The notes under the pieces are model-generated. The model was not told the DNA's origin. It made no database searches and saw only the letters and a list, made by a program, of their open reading frames with translations. A stretch of 64,000 nt of DNA from an uncultured Clostridia bacterium (lineage in GTDB: Bacteria; Bacillota; Clostridia; TANB77; CAG-508), in contig CAKPOI010000004.1 in assembly GCA_934169775.1 (NCBI GenBank), forward strand, positions 13,853 to 77,852. Reading direction: 5' to 3'. The position numbers and the translations under genes were made by a program. This document shows positions 57,191-64,000 of this stretch, one piece after another; the first letter of the stretch is position 1, and each line of letters opens with the position of its first letter.

Positions 57191-57913
57191 TTATCTCTCC
57201 TTGTTTTTTTTATATTTATATATTTCTTTTGCGTAATTAACCCTATTTAGTAACATTTCTTGGAATGGTAAATGTTTAAAACTAGATGTATTTTGGCTAT
57301 GTCTTCTATATTTTATAAGTTTTTCATCTAGAAAATAATTTTTTCCGTTTAATTCTGCTATTATTCCAATCCATTCATCATGTAAATATATGTTATCAGG
57401 TATTGGTAAAATTTGTTCCTTTAATTCTTTTTTAAAAGCTATGCAACATCCATGATATGAATTTTTTATTAAATTTTTTATTACTCCTGTTTTTACTTTT
57501 CTATGTTCAGCAAAAGATTCATATATTACTTTATCATTTTCGTCAACTACAATGGCATCATGTTGAATTAATATATAATTATTGTTATTAAAACATTCTA
57601 AAACTTTTCTAACTTTATTTTCCATCCAAATATCATCCTGATCGGATAAAAAAATAATATCACCTGTTGTATTTTTTATTGCATTTTCAAAATTTTTCTT
57701 TAATCCTTTTTTTGGACCTTCTAATAATTTAATTCTTTTATCATTAAAGTTTTTTATAATTTCAACAGTCATATCTGATGAACCATCATCAGATATGACT
57801 AATTCGTCTCTATCATTTAAATTATTTAATATTGTATTTATTTGCTCTTTTATATATTTTTCTCCATTATATGAAGCCATTGCAACTGAGACTTTTTCTT
57901 TTCTATTTAACAT
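57191..57913 (-). CDS. family 2 glycosyltransferase
   Basis: VSVAMASYNGEKYIKEQINTIL..ISDDGSSD..FLSDQDD. Confidence 0.85.
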   Translation of the reverse strand: MLNRKEKVSVAMASYNGEKYIKEQINTILNNLNDRDELVISDDGSSDMTVEIIKNFNDKRIKLLEGPKKGLKKNFENAIKNTTGDIIFLSDQDDIWMENKVRKVLECFNNNNYILIQHDAIVVDENDKVIYESFAEHRKVKTGVIKNLIKNSYHGCCIAFKKELKEQILPIPDNIYLHDEWIGIIAELNGKNYFLDEKLIKYRRHSQNTSSFKHLPFQEMLLNRVNYAKEIYKYKKNKER

Positions 57914-59405
57914 TTTTTATATCTTTTCCTTTTCTTCCAAATAATTTAGGTGCAATATTTTTAAATCCTTTAAAATTTCTTACTAATTCATCTTTATTTG
58001 TTAAAGATTGTCCTATTTTATGAAGTATATATTTTGGTCTCAAGTAATATTTTTTTCTAGCATAATCACAGAAGTCAACTAATTCTTGTGATGTAATATC
58101 ATCTATGTGTAATACACAATTATCTGTTCCATCCTCTTTTAAATATTCTGAATATTTTTTATCTTCTAAATATCCCATTTTTACTGCATAATTATATGCT
58201 TCTGTTCCTGGATATGGATGTAATACATAAAATTGTGCTGTATCTGTATTTAATTTTATTGCAAATTTAAGAGTATTTGCCATTGTTTCTCTTGTTTCTC
58301 CTTTTGTGCCTACCATATAACAAGCATGTACTAATAGTTTAGCTTTTTTTGCATCTTTTACATATCTTTCTATTTGTTTTACTGTAGTGCCTTTTTTCAT
58401 ATTATTTAGCATTTCTTGATTTCCATTTTCTATTCCTGCAATTAGTAGTTTGCAACCTGCTTTTTTCATTAAAACCATTGTTTCATAATCTAAATTTACT
58501 CTTGCATTACATAACCATTTTATTTTTTTGTTAATTCCTTTTTCTATTAGCAATTCACATATTTTTCTTACTCTCTTTGTGTCAATTGTAAAAGTATCAT
58601 CTTCTATTACTATTTCTTTTATTGATGGCATTTCATTAACAATATATTCGAATTCTTCTACTACGTTCTCTGCACTTCTAGCTCTATATCTATGTCCATG
58701 CATAACTTGTGGGTATACGCAAAAATAGCATCTACATAAACATCCTCTTCCTGTAAAAATTTGTATTTCTGGATATTCAGAGGCAGCAAAGAAGTAATCT
58801 TTGGGGTCTAGATACTCATTAATTAATTTGGCTGCAAAAGGTATTTTATCTAAATCTTCAACTGGCATCATAGCTTTAGTTCTTATATATTTTCCTTCAA
58901 CATTTCGGTATACTATTCCATTAACTTCGTTTATATCTTTGTTTTCTTCTAAATTTTTAGCTAAATCTCTAACAATATAATCAAATTCGCCTATTGCCAC
59001 ACCATCTACCCTTTTATCTAAATCCAAAGTTTCTTCTGGCAATGCTGTTGGATGTGTACCTACAAGTAATACAAATGCTTTTGGGTATTTATCTTTTAAA
59101 TCTCCTGCAAATTTTGCATCATTATATATTGACGGTGTACTTGTATTTATTACTATTAAATTCAGTTCAACTTTTTTTTCTTCAATCCATTGAAATGCAT
59201 TTTCATGTGTCATTTTTTTGGCTGGAGCATCTAAAAAATATATATTATTTCCTGCTTCTTTGCATACTCCTGCTGCATATAATAGCCATAATGGATAGTA
59301 AATAACCCCACTATTTGTTATCATTGGGCTTCTTGCTTCTCTTGAAAATTTTCCATATTCCGCTTTAAAAGGCGGATTTACAAATAATATATTCATTATT
59401 CTCAT
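57903..59405 (-). CDS. B12-binding-domain radical SAM protein
   Basis: N-terminal Rossmann-like cobalamin-binding region followed by TGRGCLCRCYFCVYP (CxxxCxxC). Confidence 0.85.
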   Translation of the reverse strand: MRIMNILFVNPPFKAEYGKFSREARSPMITNSGVIYYPLWLLYAAGVCKEAGNNIYFLDAPAKKMTHENAFQWIEEKKVELNLIVINTSTPSIYNDAKFAGDLKDKYPKAFVLLVGTHPTALPEETLDLDKRVDGVAIGEFDYIVRDLAKNLEENKDINEVNGIVYRNVEGKYIRTKAMMPVEDLDKIPFAAKLINEYLDPKDYFFAASEYPEIQIFTGRGCLCRCYFCVYPQVMHGHRYRARSAENVVEEFEYIVNEMPSIKEIVIEDDTFTIDTKRVRKICELLIEKGINKKIKWLCNARVNLDYETMVLMKKAGCKLLIAGIENGNQEMLNNMKKGTTVKQIERYVKDAKKAKLLVHACYMVGTKGETRETMANTLKFAIKLNTDTAQFYVLHPYPGTEAYNYAVKMGYLEDKKYSEYLKEDGTDNCVLHIDDITSQELVDFCDYARKKYYLRPKYILHKIGQSLTNKDELVRNFKGFKNIAPKLFGRKGKDIKNVK

Positions 59406-59407
59406 TC

Positions 59408-60205
59408 CTATCTTTTATATTTTCTTAAAAATTTTTTGTATTTTTTTAATATATATTTTATGCCAAGTAAGTGCGATAAATTTATTTTACTAATTAATTT
59501 CTTTTTTGAAATTCGTTGATATATATGTATTATTTCAGCTTTTCTTAAGTGTACTATTTTATATCCACAACTTCTTGCTCTCATGCAATATTCAACATCT
59601 TCTGGAGAATAAAAAATTTTTTCATCAAGATTTCCTAATTTTTTATATGTTTCATATCTCATAAGCCAACAAGCTGAAATTAAATAATCGCATTCGAATT
59701 CATCTGTCAATTCTTCTATTGGATAAGATTCTAATTTTTGTCCTTTTTTACTAATTTTTTTTATTGGAAAAGCTTTTAATAGTTTTATTCTCCAATTTGG
59801 AAATTTCCTATATGGTATTTGCTTTTCTCCTTTTTCATTTTTCATTGATGGTCCTACTATTGCTACTTCTTCGTGTTTGTCAAGATATTTTGCTAGAATA
59901 TCTATTGCCTCTGAATTTATTATAGTATCAGAGTCTAAAATACAAATATAATCTGTATCTTCTCTTATTTGTTTTAATGCTATGTTTCTACTTTTAGTTG
60001 TTCCTTCATTGGTTGGCAGAAAAACAACATGTATATTGTTGTTTTTTTCATATTCTTTTAGTATTTTTATTGTATTATCAGTTGAACCATTATCAACTAT
60101 TGTTATTTGGGTACAAAAATTACAAATTGTATTTATTGATTCAATACAATTTGTAATGTACTTATCAGAATTCCATGTTAATATTACAAAAGAAATTTTT
60201 TTCAT
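59408..60205 (-). CDS. family 2 glycosyltransferase
   Basis: ISFVILTWNSDKYITNCIESI..VDNGSTDNT..ILDSDT. Confidence 0.85.
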   Translation of the reverse strand: MKKISFVILTWNSDKYITNCIESINTICNFCTQITIVDNGSTDNTIKILKEYEKNNNIHVVFLPTNEGTTKSRNIALKQIREDTDYICILDSDTIINSEAIDILAKYLDKHEEVAIVGPSMKNEKGEKQIPYRKFPNWRIKLLKAFPIKKISKKGQKLESYPIEELTDEFECDYLISACWLMRYETYKKLGNLDEKIFYSPEDVEYCMRARSCGYKIVHLRKAEIIHIYQRISKKKLISKINLSHLLGIKYILKKYKKFLRKYKR

Positions 60206-60894
60206 TAAATTGCTCCTTCTTTTTTGATAACAGACTCAATAGTCTTAAAAAATATTTTAACATCCAATTTAGGTGAAATGTTATCTATGTAATACAATTC
60301 CATTTCCATTCTTTGTTCATATGTTGTAGAGCTTCTACCATTAGCTTGCCAATATCCAGTAAGACCTGGTGTAATGCTTAAGAATTTTTCTTTATTCTCA
60401 CCATATTTTTCTAATTCTTCCTCAATTACTGGTCGTGGCCCTATTATTGATAAATCTCCTTTTATTATGTTTACAATTTGTGGTAATTCATCTAAGCTAG
60501 TTTTTCTTAGGAATTTTCCAACCTTTGTTATACGTGGATCATTTTGTAGTTTAAAGTTTTCTTTCCATTCTTTCATTTGTTCTGGTGTAAAATCATTTAT
60601 CATATCTTGTGCATTTTCATACATTGTTCTAAATTTGTACATTTTGAATTTCTTACCGTTTTTTCCATATCTTGTATGTGCAAAAAATACTGGCCCTTTT
60701 GAGTCTAGTTTTATTGTTATTGCTAGTATTAAAAAGATTGGTGATAAAATTATAAGTCCTATTATGCTTATTATTACATCAATTGCTCTTTTTATACCTA
60801 TATAATTTATTTTTTTTGCTTTTTTTGCGATTTTAGGTACTATAACAATGTCTCTACTTAATATTGCCTCTTGTGAATCAACATTAATATTCAT
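60205..60894 (-). CDS. initiating undecaprenyl-phosphate sugar phosphotransferase (bacterial sugar transferase family)
   Basis: KRAIDVIISIIGLIILSPIFLILAI..GPVFF..LDELPQIVNIIKGDLSIIGPRP..PGLTGYWQ. Confidence 0.9.
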   Translation of the reverse strand: MNINVDSQEAILSRDIVIVPKIAKKAKKINYIGIKRAIDVIISIIGLIILSPIFLILAITIKLDSKGPVFFAHTRYGKNGKKFKMYKFRTMYENAQDMINDFTPEQMKEWKENFKLQNDPRITKVGKFLRKTSLDELPQIVNIIKGDLSIIGPRPVIEEELEKYGENKEKFLSITPGLTGYWQANGRSSTTYEQRMEMELYYIDNISPKLDVKIFFKTIESVIKKEGAI

Positions 60895-60935
60895 TTATAT
60901 TTTCCCCCTTAAAGTTTATATAAATATCACTTTTA

Positions 60936-60964
60936 ATTATATATGCTGTTTACATTATTGTCAA
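60936..60964 (-). promoter_or_regulatory. perfect-consensus sigma-A promoter of the glycan operon
   Basis: Minus strand TTGACA (60964-60959), 17 nt, TATAAT (60941-60936), about 40 nt upstream of ATG 60894. Confidence 0.6.
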
Positions 60965-61109
60965 CCATTTTTCGACATATTTTTTGAAAACCTTTGATAC
61001 ATTTTTTTACATTTTTTGAAAACATAATTATTTTTTCTAGTTTAATAATTATGTTCTCAAATTTTTTCTTTATATTTTATTTTTATTATTGTTATTTCAC
61101 TGTTATTTT

Positions 61110-62396
61110 TTATTTATATCCAGTCTTTTTAGTAATTTGTTCGCTTATATTTTTTACTTTTTCAGAAGGTGTATAGTCTGTTTCTCCAAATGCTTCTTGG
61201 TGTAGCTGTGTTACATTTTTTTCTAATGTGACTGGCACCCCATACCATCTATCAATCGTTATTCCTTTTGTTGTATATGGCCATCCTATACTGTCTGTTA
61301 TTTTATAACTCATTAAACTTGGTGTTAATGCTAAAATTTCCCCTGATGATATATTAGTATATACTTTTGGTAATATGTTGTCTGCAAATTTGTTTATTTC
61401 ACCTATACTTTTTGTTTTTAATTTAGTTAGCATTGCTGTTAATACATCTCTCATACGTTCTGTTCTTTTGTAATCTCCTCCTGATGTGTAACGTATTCTT
61501 GAATATGCTACTGCTTGCACACCATTTAATGTTTGTTTTCCCGTTTTGGTTACATTTGGTGTTGATTTACCTGTTACTTTTGATGTTTCTACAATATAAT
61601 CATTTAAATATTTCATTTCTTGTTGTGATTCTATATTTATTTCTATTCCGCCTAGTTCATCTACTGCATCTGCTACAACATCAAAATTTACTGTTGCGAA
61701 TTCTGATATGTTTAAATCTAAATTTGTGTTTAATGTGTTTAAGGCTAATTGGGCTGAACCATAAGAATATGCATGTGTTATTTTGTCTAGCCCATGTCCT
61801 TGAATTTGTACATATGTATCACGATATACTGATATTAATTTTACTTCCTTTGTGCTGTTGTTTATACTTGCTATAATTATACAGTCACTTCTATTTCCTT
61901 TTTCTAATTCATGATTTCTGCTGTCTACTCCAAATAGTGCTATATTTCTATATCCTGTTAGATTTTCAGATACTTCTTTTGATATTCCTAATTCTTCTTT
62001 ATTTATTTCTACCTTTTGTAATTTTCCCAATTTGTTTTGAATATATCCATATCCAGCACTTACTATTCCTATCAATAATACTAATAGTACTATTACTGTA
62101 TTTCTAAATATATGTCTTTTCTTTTTTCTTGTTGTTTCCATTTTTCTTCCCCTTTTTGCATATTCATAATTTTCTTCGCCATTATTAAATTGTTCGTTTT
62201 TATTTAGTGATTCTTGTTGATAATTATTTTGGAATGCTTTTGGTGTCTCTTCGTCAGCTTCATTATTTCTTATTGATTTTTGTGTTTTTTCATCATTTCC
62301 ATTATCTCTTAAAGCTTTTGGTACTTCTTCTAAAACTTTGTCTTTTTTTAGAGCTTTTGGAACTTCGTTATTGTTCATAGAGTGTTTACCTGCCAT
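61110..62396 (-). CDS. LytR-CpsA-Psr (LCP) family glycopolymer ligase
   Basis: Long charged N-terminus, one TM helix, then the LCP core (NIALFGVDSR..RSDCIIIASIN..SVYRDTYV). Confidence 0.88.
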   Translation of the reverse strand: MAGKHSMNNNEVPKALKKDKVLEEVPKALRDNGNDEKTQKSIRNNEADEETPKAFQNNYQQESLNKNEQFNNGEENYEYAKRGRKMETTRKKKRHIFRNTVIVLLVLLIGIVSAGYGYIQNKLGKLQKVEINKEELGISKEVSENLTGYRNIALFGVDSRNHELEKGNRSDCIIIASINNSTKEVKLISVYRDTYVQIQGHGLDKITHAYSYGSAQLALNTLNTNLDLNISEFATVNFDVVADAVDELGGIEINIESQQEMKYLNDYIVETSKVTGKSTPNVTKTGKQTLNGVQAVAYSRIRYTSGGDYKRTERMRDVLTAMLTKLKTKSIGEINKFADNILPKVYTNISSGEILALTPSLMSYKITDSIGWPYTTKGITIDRWYGVPVTLEKNVTQLHQEAFGETDYTPSEKVKNISEQITKKTGYK

Positions 62397-62913
62397 ATTG
62401 TTTTTCCTCCTCTTTTTTTATTTTTTTGTATTCTCTGCTTGTCCTTGCCCAATATACTATTTTGGAAAATATCATTATTATTATTGTTCCAAATATTACT
62501 CCACATGTATCTATTCCAACATCAAATATTTTTGCAGTTCTGCCTGCTGAAAACATTTGATGAATTTCATCACTTATAGCATATAACATTCCTGCTGATA
62601 TTGGTAATATGTATTTTATTATTCTTCCTAATTTGAATGTTAAGAAAAATCCCATTAAATTAAAGCCTAATAGTGTATAAATACTAAAATGCGCCATTTT
62701 CCTCACAAAAGGCTGTAGTTTTTCTACTATTTGTTCTTTTCTTTTATCACTTAATTTTTGATATTCTGTGAAATTGTTTAAAACTTTTCGTATTACTCTT
62801 CCACTTGTGTTTCCAGATATTTCGCCATTTTGATTGGAAAAATAGAAAATTATTGCACATGTTATAGCGATAAGGAAAAGAAATATTATTCTAAATATTT
62901 TACTTTCTTCCAT
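62386..62913 (-). CDS. VanZ-like family membrane protein
   Basis: FVRKMAHFSIYTLLG and ISDEIHQMFSAGRTAKIFDVGIDTCG motifs. Confidence 0.75.
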   Translation of the reverse strand: MEESKIFRIIFLFLIAITCAIIFYFSNQNGEISGNTSGRVIRKVLNNFTEYQKLSDKRKEQIVEKLQPFVRKMAHFSIYTLLGFNLMGFFLTFKLGRIIKYILPISAGMLYAISDEIHQMFSAGRTAKIFDVGIDTCGVIFGTIIIMIFSKIVYWARTSREYKKIKKEEEKQYGR

Positions 62914-63045
62914 ATTTTATATGATATATTAAACCACATTACATAAAAAATTTATTTTATAAGCTTTTGTGTGTTGACCGATTTTCTTTAAAAAATCTTT
63001 GGTTTTTTATATCATATACTCCTTTCTTAAGTTATATTAGCTTTG

Positions 63046-63375
63046 TTATGAAGCCCATCTTATCATTCTAATGTCATTATATTTTTTTAGTACTTCTTTA
63101 TATTTTTGATAGTCTTCTTCCCATAATTCGTTTGGTACTTTGTCAAATGCTAAAAATATTTTTTCTGCTTCTGCTAAATAAATTACTTGCTCTTGTGGAG
63201 ACATGTTTTGATATTGTTTTGCAAATCTATATAGTTTATCTAACATTTGGTTTGCTTCAATAAATCCCCAAAAATCTTTTATTTGCATTCCTGCTAATTT
63301 TATTTGTACTACTGCAAATAAAATTAATGCAAATACTAAAAATATTAATATATACAATATCGTTAATAATCCCAT
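63046..63375 (-). CDS. small membrane-anchored hypothetical protein
   Basis: 109-aa ORF with one N-terminal TM helix. No family recognised. Confidence 0.45.
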   Translation of the reverse strand: MGLLTILYILIFLVFALILFAVVQIKLAGMQIKDFWGFIEANQMLDKLYRFAKQYQNMSPQEQVIYLAEAEKIFLAFDKVPNELWEEDYQKYKEVLKKYNDIRMIRWAS

Positions 63376-63390
63376 TTCTTGCCACCCTTG

Positions 63391-63966
63391 TTAATTGTTT
63401 TTATCTTCTAGTTTTTTTTCATTTTCTATTATTGTCATTATTATTTGTACTGTTTTTTCTAAGTCGTCATTTTTTATTACATAGTCGTATAATTTTGTTT
63501 TTGATTCTTCATATTCTAATCTATTTAGTCTTAATTGAATTTCCGCTTCTGTTAAATTGTCTCCTCTATTTATAAGTCTGTTTTTTAGTTCTTCTTTGTC
63601 TACTTTTAAGAATATTGTAACCAATTTTGTGTCATTTGCTAATTTTTTTATTAAATTTTCTGTTCCATTTACTTCTATATCTTTTACTATTATTTTTCCA
63701 CTTTGAATTTTTTCATTCATTAATTTTTTAGATGTTCCATAATAGTTTTCATGATGTAAGTCATATTCATAAAATTCATCGTTATTTATTTTGTCTTTAA
63801 ATTCTTCTTTTGTTATAAAGTGGTATTGTACTCCTTCTTCTTCTCCTGGTCTTGGATTTCTTGATGTATAAGATGGTAATGATATTACATTTTCCATCCT
63901 TTTTATTAACTCTTTTTTTATTGTATCTTTTCCTGCTCCTGAAACTCCTGATAATATTACTAACAT
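63391..63966 (-). CDS. guanylate kinase-like P-loop kinase
   Basis: LSGVSGAGKDTI P-loop and SYTSRNPRPGEEEGVQYHFI, a guanylate-kinase-type substrate motif. Confidence 0.72.
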   Translation of the reverse strand: MLVILSGVSGAGKDTIKKELIKRMENVISLPSYTSRNPRPGEEEGVQYHFITKEEFKDKINNDEFYEYDLHHENYYGTSKKLMNEKIQSGKIIVKDIEVNGTENLIKKLANDTKLVTIFLKVDKEELKNRLINRGDNLTEAEIQLRLNRLEYEESKTKLYDYVIKNDDLEKTVQIIMTIIENEKKLEDKNN

Positions 63967-64000
63967 ATCTATTCCCCTTTACATATATTTAATGTATTAA

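Overview
Very AT-rich, low-GC Firmicutes (Clostridia-like) chromosomal segment. About 47 of 53 genes lie on the minus strand, so the + strand is the T-rich antisense strand; nearly all + strand ORFs in the track are L/F-rich artefacts. Gene order in + coordinates: relA (partial) and recJ; a solo AAA-35/PD-(D/E)XK gene between duplicated terminators; a pseudopilin-like triple-repeat surface protein with a small secreted partner; vanW, spoVB-like flippase and a BI-1 family protein; a 700-bp gap holding a promoter-to-terminator structured RNA made of tandem 48-nt units; thioesterase, mnmA, sufU-S-D-B-C and a DtxR-type regulator; a heterodimeric ABC exporter with a frameshifted TetR and its operators; HAD hydrolase, lexA, rny; T-box-controlled type-2-like ileS; sortase, glmM, cpsB-type phosphatase; a small island (HD protein plus an AAA ATPase/RloB-Toprim-like pair, AbiL/split-OLD-like candidate defence module); then a ~23-kb cell-envelope glycan locus (SLH protein, pyruvyl transferase, 2 Wzx, 2 polymerases, 5 GT2, DUF4422, DUF616, glf, ugd, epimerase, B12-radical SAM, initiating sugar transferase, LCP, VanZ). 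No rRNA, tRNA, CRISPR, transposase or integrase was seen. The least explained signals are non-coding. They are the tandem pseudoknot-like RNA at 12.1-12.3 kb, two dispersed intergenic repeat families (a ~120-nt ERIC-like imperfect palindrome and a GC-rich TCCGTCCCCAAAAG hairpin motif), and a 64-nt module shared by the ileS and glmM leaders.
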